Origin: an uncultured virus (IMG/VR IMGVR_UViG_2061766007_000180)
Taxonomy: Duplodnaviria > Heunggongvirae > Uroviricota > Caudoviricetes
Length of the DNA: 64,000 nucleotides
Virus record (IMG/VR): IMGVR_UViG_2061766007_000180
Direction: 5' to 3' (one strand)
The position numbers and the translations under genes were made by a program. Below the pieces are notes generated by a model. That model was not told where the DNA came from and did no database searches. It saw only the letters and a program-made list of their open reading frames with translations. Shown here piece by piece: positions 20,288-30,087 of the stretch. Every line of letters begins with the position of its first letter. The first letter of the stretch is position 1.

Positions 20288-20794
20288 ATGCAGAAGTGGA
20301 CGTTTAAGAAGATTTCCGAGACGATCAGGAATTCCGGAATCGAGACCCGGACCGAGCTTTCCAGGAAATACCAGGGAGCATACCGGTGTGCCCAAAGGAA
20401 CGGCTGGCTCGAAAAGCTGATTCCGGAAGACTTCAGGACCGGAAAGACGATCCGGAACCGGTTTATCTGGACGAAGGCCATGTGCGAGTCGGTCGCGAAG
20501 GAATGCTCTTCGGTGTCGGAGTTCCGGAATACTTGCGGAACCGCGTACCGGAAAGCTGTCCGTTCCGGATGGCTGAGGTCGTTCAAGTGGCTTTCCGGAA
20601 TGAGGAAGCCCCGGAACTTCTGGACCCGGAAGAGGTGTTTCCGGGCGGCCTTGAACTACCGCACCCCAGGAGGATTCTTCAAGGGATGTCCTTCCGCGTA
20701 CGTCGTTGCCCGGAGGAACGGGTGGACCGGGGACTTCTTCTGGTTCGGCTCCGGAAAGGCGTCTCGTGGACTGAAGGTGGACTTTTCGAGATAG
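20288..20794 (+). CDS. Protein of three tandem 'WT...AY..A.R.GW' repeats (homing-endonuclease-associated DNA-binding type), no nuclease domain
   Basis: Three internal repeats; own TTGACA/TACAAT promoter and AAAGGA RBS. Confidence 0.65.
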   Translation: MQKWTFKKISETIRNSGIETRTELSRKYQGAYRCAQRNGWLEKLIPEDFRTGKTIRNRFIWTKAMCESVAKECSSVSEFRNTCGTAYRKAVRSGWLRSFKWLSGMRKPRNFWTRKRCFRAALNYRTPGGFFKGCPSAYVVARRNGWTGDFFWFGSGKASRGLKVDFSR

Positions 20795-20807
20795 GGAGGA
20801 GATTAAA

Positions 20808-21155
20808 ATGAGCGGCGGAAGTATGGATTATGTCTGTTTCCGGATTCGTCAGGCGGTGGAAGACGTCGCCTCCGAGATCGAGAACATCGAAAAGAGAATT
20901 CACGAGAACGGATACGGGGACTTCAAGGTCTGCGACTACTACCGGAAGAAATATCCCGAACATCCAGATCTGAAGGACGAGAAGACTCTTTCGGAAGCGG
21001 TCCTGAAGAGAATGAGACACGCGCTGAAGGTCCTGAAGGAGGCTGCGGTCTATGCCGAGCGCGTGGAGTGGCTCACGAGTGGAGATGACGGATACGAGAG
21101 CTTTGTAATCAGGACGGACGAGGATCTGAAGGAAGCTGGATGTTCAGAGGGTTAA
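20808..21155 (+). CDS. Conserved phage protein (MSGGS.DY...EW..SGD type)
   Basis: Recognisable family pattern, GGAGG RBS. Confidence 0.75.
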   Translation: MSGGSMDYVCFRIRQAVEDVASEIENIEKRIHENGYGDFKVCDYYRKKYPEHPDLKDEKTLSEAVLKRMRHALKVLKEAAVYAERVEWLTSGDDGYESFVIRTDEDLKEAGCSEG

Positions 21156-21199
21156 GACACCGGCCGCGAGGATGGCGTCGTCCGTTGTAGGCCGCTCGT

Positions 21200-21357
21200 C
21201 TCTGATTGGCAGGTACGGCGACAAGTCCTTCTTCGTCGCGCTCCGCGTTGAGCGCCGCGAAATGCTCTGCCTTTGGGTTCGTCACCATCGCGCCGTGGAG
21301 CATGAACGCGCGTGGCGCGGGGTGGAGTTTGTTGTCGATTACTGTTCCGTAGTTCAT
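21200..21357 (-). pseudogene. Probably truncated ORF downstream of the LamG-like gene
   Basis: Coupled start MNYGTVIDNKL; frame runs into the opposing gene. Confidence 0.4.
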
Positions 21358-22082
21358 GGCAGGTTGAACCTCGCTTTGTCTATTGCGTAGTTGGCGGCTA
21401 TCTCAGAATCTGATAGAATACGAGAATATACGCAAACTCGATAGTAATCTCCCATCATGGCACCTGAAGTTGAACTCCATGCTCCTATATTAAGCAGAAA
21501 AGGAGCTGGCTTTTCATTCAATGTTGTCTCTACGTACTTCTCGCATACGGAATCAACGAACTTTACATTTGTTGAATCCGAACAGATGCAACTAATCGCC
21601 CAATGACCGGTTGATAACCTTCCGAACCTTCCATATCTAGCTGGTTCGTAAAGTCGCGGCGCGTTGGCTTGGTTCGAATTATAACAGTCAAATTCCCGTC
21701 TGATGCTTTGGTTGCCTGGTTTTGTGCAAGAGAAAAATCGCGGATTCGAACTTGCGGCTATACCATCATCCACATACATCGTGACGCTGATTGTGCATGG
21801 ATAAATGATAAAAGAATTAGTAGCCAAGTCTCCAAGTCCAGGCGTTCTGTGGAGTGCGTTCGACTTGAAGAACGCTTTAGTCGTATCACTAATAGTCAAA
21901 TCACTATTTCCTACCAAATCCTTCCACACGGTCGCGTTCGGGTCATGCGTCCCCCACCCCGCGTTCTCGATGCCGTCCCACATGGCGATGAGGCCGGATT
22001 GCACGTAGTCGCGCGCGGTAGGAACGCTCGGCGTAGGCGCGCCGCGACGCTCGAAGAACTGTCTCGCGCCCAACAGCATCAC
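21354..22082 (-). CDS. LamG/concanavalin-like domain protein (tail-fibre or adhesin-like)
   Basis: DYVQSGLIAMWDGIENAG.G.HD..AT.WKDL.G; C-terminal VYSRILSDSEIAANY. Confidence 0.75.
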   Translation of the reverse strand: MMLLGARQFFERRGAPTPSVPTARDYVQSGLIAMWDGIENAGWGTHDPNATVWKDLVGNSDLTISDTTKAFFKSNALHRTPGLGDLATNSFIIYPCTISVTMYVDDGIAASSNPRFFSCTKPGNQSIRREFDCYNSNQANAPRLYEPARYGRFGRLSTGHWAISCICSDSTNVKFVDSVCEKYVETTLNEKPAPFLLNIGAWSSTSGAMMGDYYRVCVYSRILSDSEIAANYAIDKARFNLP

Positions 22083-22206
22083 GAACCTCCCTGCGTCTGC
22101 GGCGCGTCAACAAATATCTTAATCAAGCATGGAGGGGAGAGCTTTATCGGATTACACTTCATAATTGAAAATTCATCTTAAAAAATAAGTATTTTTCGAC
22201 AACTAT

Positions 22207-23145
22207 TCATCCGATCATTATCACGTTTCCGAAGCTCTCTGTGGTACGGAGATCCTCCATCGCCTTCTCGAATTCTTCCTTGCCCTCGTCGCCGATGGAA
22301 GTGTCGATCGTTCCTCCTCCGATGAGCTGCACTGAGGAGAATTTCTTCCGGACGATTCCCAGCTGGATCTTCATCAGCGCGAGGAAGAGCCTCTTCACGT
22401 ATTCGTTTCCGTAAAGTTCCTCCGGAGGAGGTTCCACCTCGCAGGTCATCAGGATCACGTTCTCGTTCATGGGATCGTAGACGTTCGCCGGATCCGGAGG
22501 TGGGGGAAAAGGATGGTCTTCCGGCTTTCCGACATCTCCGGAAAGAGGTCCCGGTGGAGGGGGTGGAGGGGGGGCAGGTCTCCGGATCCTCGGGGTCGGG
22601 GTTATGACCAGACGCTTGCTCGCCCGGAAGTATCTCCACTGGGGGGAGCTTCCCGTAAGCCTTCCGATCATCTGAAGATGCTCGTGGAGGTTGTGCAGGG
22701 AGATCCAGCTTCCGTTGGTCGTTCCGACGTTGTTGAAAAACGGAAAGACCCCGGAACCGGCGTAGGACTGCATCATAGCGTAGGTTCCGAAGAAGAGATC
22801 GTTTCCGAATCCGTAGAGGAGCGCGTCCCTCTTGAAGGAGATATCGTGGACGTCCGCGATGTTGTACCGGGAAAGGTCGAGTCCGGTCTTCGGGTCGTAG
22901 GAGTCGATCGGAACGAGGATGTCCCGGATCTCGAAGCTCGCGAACTTCGAGTACTTCTCGAGAGCGTCCGCCACGCATATCTCCATCTGTTCCCGGGTGA
23001 GTTCCACCTGGATCAGGGGATATCCGAGCTTGGAGAGACCCCAGCTGATCAGCTCGTCGACGTTCGTGATGTATGGATTCAGGAATGTCGATTTCGAGAT
23101 GTTCGGATGCCTCTGGTTGCTGTCCTTGACGTCTTCGTTAAACAT
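22207..23145 (-). CDS. T4 gp13-like neck protein with proline-rich insertion
   Basis: LGYPLIQVELT.EQ....ADAL..Y; C-terminal KF..VQL.GG.T.D. Confidence 0.8.
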   Translation of the reverse strand: MFNEDVKDSNQRHPNISKSTFLNPYITNVDELISWGLSKLGYPLIQVELTREQMEICVADALEKYSKFASFEIRDILVPIDSYDPKTGLDLSRYNIADVHDISFKRDALLYGFGNDLFFGTYAMMQSYAGSGVFPFFNNVGTTNGSWISLHNLHEHLQMIGRLTGSSPQWRYFRASKRLVITPTPRIRRPAPPPPPPPGPLSGDVGKPEDHPFPPPPDPANVYDPMNENVILMTCEVEPPPEELYGNEYVKRLFLALMKIQLGIVRKKFSSVQLIGGGTIDTSIGDEGKEEFEKAMEDLRTTESFGNVIMIG

Positions 23146-23234
23146 GGTTCAAGATCCGTTTCCCGGTTAATTACCGGACGGAGGCGTACACTATTTCCAT
23201 GGAAAAAAAAAAACATTGAAATGAGGCAAGGGCA

Positions 23235-23423
23235 ATGCTGAGCATCGAAGGAAGCTCGTTCGAGGAGGAGAAGCTCTGGGCGGAGTCCGTCGGGGACGAG
23301 AAATACCAGAGACAGCTGGACATGGCCCAGGAGATCATCGGAATCATGGGTTGGGACATCCAGGTGAACAGGGAGATGATCCGGCACTTCGCGGACCATT
23401 ACGAGAGGGTCGTCACGGCATGA
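23235..23423 (+). CDS. Small protein with EEL-like motif near the N-terminus
   Basis: SFEEEKLWAESVG. Confidence 0.55.
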   Translation: MLSIEGSSFEEEKLWAESVGDEKYQRQLDMAQEIIGIMGWDIQVNREMIRHFADHYERVVTA

Positions 23424-23707
23424 GACCGGAGGAAATGACTCTGGACGAATATCTTCCTTTCGGAGAGATTCCGGTGGGACATTTCCAGGTGTTCAGGCCG
23501 TTTTCGGAAGGAGACCCCGCCTGGGGACTGACGGTCAGGCTGAAACTTCCCGGATCCGCGGAGTATCTGTTCGGAGGAATCACCATGACGGTGGCTTCGG
23601 AAACGAAAACCGTCCAATGGGCCGAAATCGAGCTTTTCGCAGAAAGCCTCGGAAAGAAAGCCCTGCACGTGGAGTTCGAACACGTCTGGGAGATCGTCTT
23701 CAGATGA
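23420..23707 (+). CDS. EEL-motif paralogue (DPEEFLPY subfamily)
   Basis: DEYLPF ... AEIELFAESLGKK. Confidence 0.65.
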   Translation: MRPEEMTLDEYLPFGEIPVGHFQVFRPFSEGDPAWGLTVRLKLPGSAEYLFGGITMTVASETKTVQWAEIELFAESLGKKALHVEFEHVWEIVFR

Positions 23708-24098
23708 CAATTTCCCTGGAAACCCTCTCCCGGGACTTTTCCGGAGAAAACCTTTCCGATCCGGAGGAATTTCTTCCGTACGCAAGCGTTTTTGATTTTT
23801 CGAGCGGGATCAATGAGAAGCTGGTCTTATTCCGGAAAGTCGATCCGAAAAAGAAACCCGATTGGTGGAAGCCTCCTTTCCAGCTTTTCCCCCATGTTCC
23901 TCCAAGCCGCTTTTCGGAGGGATGCTGTTCGAGATGGTGGAAAATCCGAAGTTCGACACACAGGAAGAACTCGAAATGTATGCAGAAAGCCTCGGGAAGA
24001 AGGCCCTTCTCATCGAAGCGTTCAACGAGTTCGTGTCCCACGAGTTCAACGGAAAACTCAAGACGATTTCGGTTGACAACGGTTGGAAAAGTTGTTAA
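23704..24098 (+). pseudogene. EEL-motif paralogue with apparent frameshift near 23870-23900
   Basis: DPEEFLPY in one frame, TQEELEMYAESLGKK in another. Confidence 0.55.
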
Positions 24099-24107
24099 AC
24101 TGACGCT

Positions 24108-24458
24108 ATGAAAAAACTATTCAAATTCTTCAAGAATCTCCGAACGGCCTCACGGCTGGTCAAGTGGCACCCAAAGATCTCGGCGGTCAATTCCGTCTGC
24201 AGGCGAAAAGGGATCGGAAATCCCACGGTCTTGCACGTTGAACACATCGTTTCGGAACTGAACAAGGTTTCGGAAACCGGGTGCGGCCCCAAGACCGTGA
24301 CATTCTCCAGGAACGACGTCAAGACGGCGATAGATATCCTGAACCGGTTTCCGGACGCCGCGAAATTCTCCGACGACGACTTCTCGGATTTCACGTTCAT
24401 GGAGAGGATGCTCCTGGCGGTGTGTCTGGCTTGGAGCATGACATTATGCAAAGACTGA
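24108..24458 (+). CDS. Hypothetical protein, paralogue of 24446-24805
   Basis: FFKNLR...AV..VC...NPTV shared; leaderless promoter at 24073-24101. Confidence 0.7.
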   Translation: MKKLFKFFKNLRTASRLVKWHPKISAVNSVCRRKGIGNPTVLHVEHIVSELNKVSETGCGPKTVTFSRNDVKTAIDILNRFPDAAKFSDDDFSDFTFMERMLLAVCLAWSMTLCKD

Positions 24459-24805
24459 GACAATTCTTCAAGAATCTCCGGGACGCATATCTCTACACCA
24501 GATCGGCTCCGGAGATATTTGCGGTCTGTGCGGTCTGCAAATGCAACGACCTGGAAAACCCCACCGTCTTCGACATCGACCGGATTGCAGAAGATGTCAA
24601 CAAGGCGATCGGGGATGGAACCTTCGGTCCATATCTCAGAACGGCACCCCGTCAAATCTCCAGGGATGAGACGAGGATGTTGCTGAAGATCATCGATCTC
24701 CACGACAACCTCGATTCCGCAGTCAGGTTTTCTCTTAGAATCTCAAATCTTTCGTTTCTTGGAAAAATCGTCAATGTGGTTTTTTGGGCATATCTCGATT
24801 CTTAA
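24446..24805 (+). CDS. Hypothetical protein, paralogue of 24108-24458
   Basis: FFKNLR...AVCAVC...NPTV. Confidence 0.7.
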   Translation: MQRLRQFFKNLRDAYLYTRSAPEIFAVCAVCKCNDLENPTVFDIDRIAEDVNKAIGDGTFGPYLRTAPRQISRDETRMLLKIIDLHDNLDSAVRFSLRISNLSFLGKIVNVVFWAYLDS

Positions 24806-24912
24806 CACCATGAATACACCATCTCCGATTTCCCTCGAAACGCATTTTCCGGTCGTGGCTACGGAGAATCCCCCCTCATGTGAAAATCCTTAGGAAGACG
24901 GACTTTTGAGGC

Positions 24913-25224
24913 ATGCAGAAACTTATTAAGTTAATCGGAAAGATTTTCCGGAAAGAGCCTCTCGACTCGGAAAAGGTCCTTCCGTATTGCAAGGTCGGGG
25001 ATATGTTTTTCACATTTGTGCCCAAGACGAATGGGGGACTGGCACTAAGTCGTTTCGAAAATTCCACATTCGACCTCAGTTCCTCGTTCCGGACGAAAAC
25101 CGAGCTTGTGCTCTATTCGGAAAGTGTCGGAAAGACTCCACTGAAACTCGACTTCCTGACCGATGTCTCGGTTGTCTTGACTCTGGACAACGTGGGAAAA
25201 TACGCAGACATCATTCTAAATTGA
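24913..25224 (+). CDS. EEL-motif paralogue (DPEEFLPY subfamily)
   Basis: DSEKVLPY ... TELVLYSESVGK. Confidence 0.65.
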   Translation: MQKLIKLIGKIFRKEPLDSEKVLPYCKVGDMFFTFVPKTNGGLALSRFENSTFDLSSSFRTKTELVLYSESVGKTPLKLDFLTDVSVVLTLDNVGKYADIILN

Positions 25225-25233
25225 GGTAGATTT

Positions 25234-25623
25234 TTGACAGACAAGAACCCAGAAATCCTCGATCCGGAAGAGTTTCTTCCGTATTCGATCCACAGAGATC
25301 TCCGGAAGGAGAACGGACAGTCCTTCCATGCATACGACCAGATTTCCAAGTCGAATAAATCCCTATACCTGTGTCTTTTCTATCCGAATTCCTCCACAAG
25401 GCCGTTTGGTCCGGCACGTTTCGTACCCGGAAACCGCTTCGACAGCATGGAAGAGCTCGAGATCTACGCGGAAAGCGTGGGGAAGAAGCTTCTTCAGGTC
25501 AACAGTCTCGCTTTTTGCCGAAAGGAAACATCCACATGCGCAAACCATTCGGAAACGACCCCGGAATCTTTCTTCCGTACTGGATCTTCGCCGTCTCGCA
25601 CGACCCGGAAGAACTCAACATAA
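25234..25623 (+). CDS. EEL-motif paralogue (DPEEFLPY subfamily)
   Basis: DPEEFLPY ... SMEELEIYAESVGKK. Confidence 0.65.
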   Translation: MTDKNPEILDPEEFLPYSIHRDLRKENGQSFHAYDQISKSNKSLYLCLFYPNSSTRPFGPARFVPGNRFDSMEELEIYAESVGKKLLQVNSLAFCRKETSTCANHSETTPESFFRTGSSPSRTTRKNST

Positions 25624-25892
25624 CGCTGTACACACTCGGAAAATCTCCCAACGGCTACAAAACCAAATTGTTTTCGTTGTCAAACGGAAAATTTCGGAGG
25701 TTTTTTCCCGAAGCCGAATTCAAGATGTTTTCAACCGCAGGAAGCTTGACCGAGGTTTTCCAATTGGCTGAATGTCTTGGAAAGATCCCGATCGAGGTCA
25801 AAGAGGGGCCTGTCAAGCCGGATCCGGAGTTCGAAAAACTGGTCTTTGAAACCAGCTGGAAGGCGGCCATGGGCACAAACTGCCCGAAATGA
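25536..25892 (+). CDS. EEL-motif paralogue (DPEEFLPY subfamily)
   Basis: DPGIFLPY ... SLTEVFQLAECLGK. Confidence 0.6.
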   Translation: MRKPFGNDPGIFLPYWIFAVSHDPEELNITLYTLGKSPNGYKTKLFSLSNGKFRRFFPEAEFKMFSTAGSLTEVFQLAECLGKIPIEVKEGPVKPDPEFEKLVFETSWKAAMGTNCPK

Positions 25893-26007
25893 CTGAAATC
25901 TCACGAAATTCCGCCCCAGGAGCTCTCCGAAGCCCGAAAACCTAAAACGATACGGCCTTTCCTCCGACGCGAGGAAGAGCCGTTTTTGACGCGTTTGCGC
26001 AAACGCG

Positions 26008-27708
26008 TCAATAAATGTAGCTGTCGGCCCTTTTCTGCCGGATCGCCTTCATCGTGTTTTTGATGACATGCTTCGTCTTCCGGACCTCGTCGAGCTGCAC
26101 CCGGTCCGGGGCGTCCACGAGCTCGACGATCTTCTCGTCCGGGATCGACATGAAGTAGCTCAGCCTCTTGAGGGCGTTCCTGAAGAACTTCTGGACGATC
26201 GAAAGGTCCATCATCTGCCGGGTCTCCTCCGGGGTCAGGTACTGGAGCTTCGGCTCGAGAGTCAGGTTGTACGCCCGGAACCCCCGGTTCTCGTCGTCCT
26301 CCGCGAACGGGGAGAGCGAGATCCCGTAGACGTAGTCTCCCTGCCCCTGGTGCCGGAACCTCATTCGCATCAGCGGGGAGATATTCGTCCAGTCCTGCCA
26401 CTGCGACCACTTCCATTCCTTGTCGAGCTCCGGCCACACGAAATACGCCTCGTTGTCGTCGTGCTTCACCCCGAAGTCCGAGAAGGTCACGATCTTCCTT
26501 CCGGAACGGGTCGTCACCTGGCGTCCGGCGACATTCTTCTTCCGGGAATCCTCCTTGTCGAACCACCTCTTTCCGGAATCCTTCTTTCCGGAATCCTTCT
26601 TTCCGGAATCCTTCTTTCCGGAATCGTCCTCCGAAAGCGTCTCTTCCGGGATCCGATCCAGCTTGAGCCTCTTCTCGTTTATCGCCCGGATGGCGTTTCC
26701 GAACTGCTCGTCCGAACATGGCCACATCTCGTTCAGCCGGTTGTACAGCCTCCTGTAGAACTTCGTTCCGAAGAACTCCCCCATCTGGTCCGGGGAGAGC
26801 TTTCCGGTCCTCTCTCCGGAAACGACGCTCGAGTCCCATTCCAGATCCTTTCCGTCCAGGAAGATCTCCACCTTCTCCCCTCCGGGAAACCCGAACTCCA
26901 GGTCCACGGCCTTCTCGGGACAGTTCTTCGGATTCACCGCCTCTCCGGAATCCGTCGCGTCCTCCTTCTCCCCGACGTGCATGTTCCAGGCAGACATCCT
27001 GCATTTCGCCTTTTCGAGGGAACCGTCCGAAAGGGAGATCTCCCGGAAAGGAGTCTCCTCGTCCTCGAAGATTCCGGAAAATCCCGCTCCGTAGACGGAC
27101 GATTCGGAGACGAGATCCCGGAAGATGTCCGTCGCGGACCTGTTTTCCCGGAGGAATCCGACTCCACACTCCTCCTGGAGAAGCCTCACCGCTTCGGACA
27201 TGTGCTCATCGGAGAGGCACTGCGGAAGATGCGCCTTCAGGTAGGCCGCGTCCCCGATCCTTTTCCGGAGGTCGCCTGCCGAGAAGCCGTCTCCAGCGTC
27301 AAACGCGGTCTCCTCCGGAGGAACGATCCTGACTCCGGGTCCCTTCGGAACCTTCTCCAGGAACGCGAACCTCTCGGAGGGATCGTCCTTCCTGCCCACT
27401 CCCAGGACGATCTCCTGTCCTTCGAGATCTCCAAGGATTCCGAGGATGTCCTTCACCGGAGATTCGTTCTCGGAAATGAAAACCCTGACGTTCTCCCCCA
27501 GCCCCGAGTCCGAGATCGCGTCCTCGAGTATCTTCCTGGAGGTTTCCGCCGAGATCGGCATCCCGGTGGAGGTCTTCCGGAGAGTCTTCCTCGGGTTTGA
27601 GACGATCACCGCGACCGCGTCGCACGATTCGGCGTAGTGCCGGATCATCTTCATGTGGAGGTCCGTCGGCGGACGGAACGATCCCGGAACTATGGCTGTC
27701 CTTGTCAT
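26008..27708 (-). CDS. Cytidyltransferase-like (HIGH-type nucleotidyltransferase) N-terminal domain fused to a long acidic region
   Basis: IVPGSFRPPTDLH, LGVG.KD...RF, FSAGDLR. Confidence 0.75.
   Translation of the reverse strand: MTRTAIVPGSFRPPTDLHMKMIRHYAESCDAVAVIVSNPRKTLRKTSTGMPISAETSRKILEDAISDSGLGENVRVFISENESPVKDILGILGDLEGQEIVLGVGRKDDPSERFAFLEKVPKGPGVRIVPPEETAFDAGDGFSAGDLRKRIGDAAYLKAHLPQCLSDEHMSEAVRLLQEECGVGFLRENRSATDIFRDLVSESSVYGAGFSGIFEDEETPFREISLSDGSLEKAKCRMSAWNMHVGEKEDATDSGEAVNPKNCPEKAVDLEFGFPGGEKVEIFLDGKDLEWDSSVVSGERTGKLSPDQMGEFFGTKFYRRLYNRLNEMWPCSDEQFGNAIRAINEKRLKLDRIPEETLSEDDSGKKDSGKKDSGKKDSGKRWFDKEDSRKKNVAGRQVTTRSGRKIVTFSDFGVKHDDNEAYFVWPELDKEWKWSQWQDWTNISPLMRMRFRHQGQGDYVYGISLSPFAEDDENRGFRAYNLTLEPKLQYLTPEETRQMMDLSIVQKFFRNALKRLSYFMSIPDEKIVELVDAPDRVQLDEVRKTKHVIKNTMKAIRQKRADSYIY
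26572..26625. repeat. 15-bp tandem repeat encoding DSGKK
   Basis: TCCGGAATCCTTCTT x3 plus a partial copy. Confidence 0.85.
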
Positions 27709-27712
27709 GGCG

Positions 27713-30058
27713 TCAATGCTTGTTGAATACCAGATTTGTTCCCTTGAGGGATCCGTCCCAACAAAGTCCACACGTTTCGCATCGAGTCACGATCTCGCTG
27801 TAGTCTGTGCAGGGACAGGTTTTGGGCTCCGTACCCTCCAAGCCAACCATTCGTTGGATCTGACGGTTGATCGCATTTCCGATCCTCGAACCGTCGTTCA
27901 GATACGCCAGCGGGAATTCGTCGGCAAGACTCCCGAAATTATCGGGAACGGCAAACTTCTCGGGATTGACCAGTTCCGGAGCCTTCCATTCGTCCACGAT
28001 GGCGGGAATCCTCTCCTTGAGGATCTTCAATCTCGGGTCGTTCATCTTGAACGCAAGTTCACCCTTGAGATTCCTTGCTGCCTTGTCGAATATCTTGCCG
28101 ATGTTCTTCGAGGCTTCCTCCTTCGTCTTGTTCCATTCCCACGCGAGATTGATCAACTTGTCGAAGTCCGAGGCCGAGATGAGCTCGTTGACCATCTTTT
28201 TTGCGAGCTCTGGCGAGATTTCTGGAATTTTGTGCCCATGGGCTTCGGAAACCGGAATGTAGTCCCGAAAATCGGTTCCCATCAGCTTCCTGACGATATT
28301 TTCCGCCTCGGCGAGCGCGTCCTCTTCGCGGTCCTCGACATCCTCCAGTCCGCTTTCCATCTTTCCGGATTCAAATTGCTTCTTCGAGACCTGAAACGGA
28401 TTGAATTCTCCCCAGCACGAGACGATGATGCAGAGATTCGAAGGGATCGATTCCTTGTACTCGCTGAGGATCCCGTACTGCTTCGTGTACATCCAGAACT
28501 TCACGTCATCACACACCTTGGCGATCTCGCAGATGGCTTTAAGATACGCAATTCCGGCGGAGACGCTGTTTCCTCTCACCCCGAGGTCTCCGTTGACGTG
28601 GAACCTGCACATCGTGAACTTGTGCCCCCTCTTGGTCCTGGTCTTCGCCTTTGTCTCAATGGTGAGTGCCTTGATCATCGACTCCTTGAAGAGCTCGAAT
28701 CCGGAATCCTTCTTCAGGAGGGCGAGATTGCATTCCATCGCGGCCTTCGCCGCCGGATACGCAGCATACGCCTTGATGGCGTAGCATCCCTCTCTTGCGC
28801 ACGGAACTCCCTTCGCACATGTCGCCACCGGAGGAAGATTGAAGTTGACCGCCTTTCCGATCTTCGATCCGGCGATGGAGATCTTGTAGGAATTCCAATA
28901 GGGGGCGATTTCGTTTCCTTTCCCCCACGCTTTCGGATTCAAAAGCTTCGTCGGCCTCCCAAATCCCCCATTCAGCGAAATTGCGAGATCCATCAGCTGA
29001 ACCTCATCCATCGGTTTGCCATCTTCGAGGGCTTTCTTGTTCAAGTAGAACTTTCCGTCCCTGTATCCCAGTTCTGCATAGGGATTTTCCCACTTTCTGC
29101 CGGTTTTCTTGCGCTCGGCGCTGGCATTGACGACGGAAAGGACCTTGTTGACCTTCTGTTCGGTCCACTCCGGATCGTAGGGATCTACCACCGGAGCGTA
29201 TTCCGCCCTGTCGAACCTGTCCTTGTCCGTGGGGTCGTCCGTCTCCTCCCTGTTGTTCTTGTCGTACCATTCTTTCGTGTTTACTTCGAGTGCACCCGTA
29301 TCTCCGATCCACCGAAAGTGGACTCCTTCGGAATCGACCTTATCGTTGAGGTGCTTCAGGAAGTTCGCCCTGTACCGACTCGGAATCGGGATGAACTGAA
29401 TCGGCTCCGGATCCTCGGGATTGATCTTCGGGACCTTTCCGACAAGAACCGTTCCGTTCGGATCGAACCGATAGATCTTGGTTCCGGCAGAATACGCGTT
29501 TTCCCGGGTCTTCTGTTTTACGACCTCCTCCGCCTTCTCCGAGGTGACGGGCTCCATCTTTCCGGTTTCGGGATTCTTGAACGCAAGATGCCCGTCCACG
29601 ACGGAATACTTTTCAAGCTTCTTCCTCGCAAGCTCTGACCAGTCCACATTATCTTTCGAGGGATCGTCTCCGAGGGCATCCGCATCTTCCTTGGATTTCA
29701 GGAGATCCTGCAAGGTCGCGGAGTCTTCCTTTTCCTTCCTTTCGGAGACAAGGCTCGGAAAGTCGAGGGAAACATACTCCTCCCCTCCCCATCCCGGCTT
29801 GACTCCTCCGGTCTCCTTCTTTCCGTCCCCCTCCTCCTCGGAGATGCTTTCCCCGAAAGCCTCCTCCCAGGCGGCGTCTGCGATGGCCTCGAACGGATCA
29901 GCTCCGTCCGGAACCTCGAACTCCGGAGCGGAACCGTCCTCCATCCCCTCGAAGATGAGCCTCCCCTTCGCGAGATCGATCGAATAGATCTCCTTCGGTG
30001 CCTTGTCAAGCTCCTCGTCAATCCTGCTTTCCCTCAAGAATTCTGCAAATCTTTTCAT
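27713..30058 (-). CDS. Large protein with C-terminal Gp88-like (Cys-cluster, radical-SAM-like) domain
   Basis: SKIG...NLPPVATC....PC...CYA; RFHVNGD; WMYTK; CPC...CETCGLCW. Confidence 0.75.
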   Translation of the reverse strand: MKRFAEFLRESRIDEELDKAPKEIYSIDLAKGRLIFEGMEDGSAPEFEVPDGADPFEAIADAAWEEAFGESISEEEGDGKKETGGVKPGWGGEEYVSLDFPSLVSERKEKEDSATLQDLLKSKEDADALGDDPSKDNVDWSELARKKLEKYSVVDGHLAFKNPETGKMEPVTSEKAEEVVKQKTRENAYSAGTKIYRFDPNGTVLVGKVPKINPEDPEPIQFIPIPSRYRANFLKHLNDKVDSEGVHFRWIGDTGALEVNTKEWYDKNNREETDDPTDKDRFDRAEYAPVVDPYDPEWTEQKVNKVLSVVNASAERKKTGRKWENPYAELGYRDGKFYLNKKALEDGKPMDEVQLMDLAISLNGGFGRPTKLLNPKAWGKGNEIAPYWNSYKISIAGSKIGKAVNFNLPPVATCAKGVPCAREGCYAIKAYAAYPAAKAAMECNLALLKKDSGFELFKESMIKALTIETKAKTRTKRGHKFTMCRFHVNGDLGVRGNSVSAGIAYLKAICEIAKVCDDVKFWMYTKQYGILSEYKESIPSNLCIIVSCWGEFNPFQVSKKQFESGKMESGLEDVEDREEDALAEAENIVRKLMGTDFRDYIPVSEAHGHKIPEISPELAKKMVNELISASDFDKLINLAWEWNKTKEEASKNIGKIFDKAARNLKGELAFKMNDPRLKILKERIPAIVDEWKAPELVNPEKFAVPDNFGSLADEFPLAYLNDGSRIGNAINRQIQRMVGLEGTEPKTCPCTDYSEIVTRCETCGLCWDGSLKGTNLVFNKH

Positions 30059-30087
30059 ATGGTCAATCCAAAACGCGTTTGGAATAT

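Noticed and set aside
23199..23219. Poly-A run as a phase-variation switch
   Set aside because: No run length restores a longer frame; all three frames stop quickly.
27940..28400. Insertion in the Gp88-like domain as an intein
   Set aside because: No Cys/Ser start with His-Asn end and no LAGLIDADG motif.
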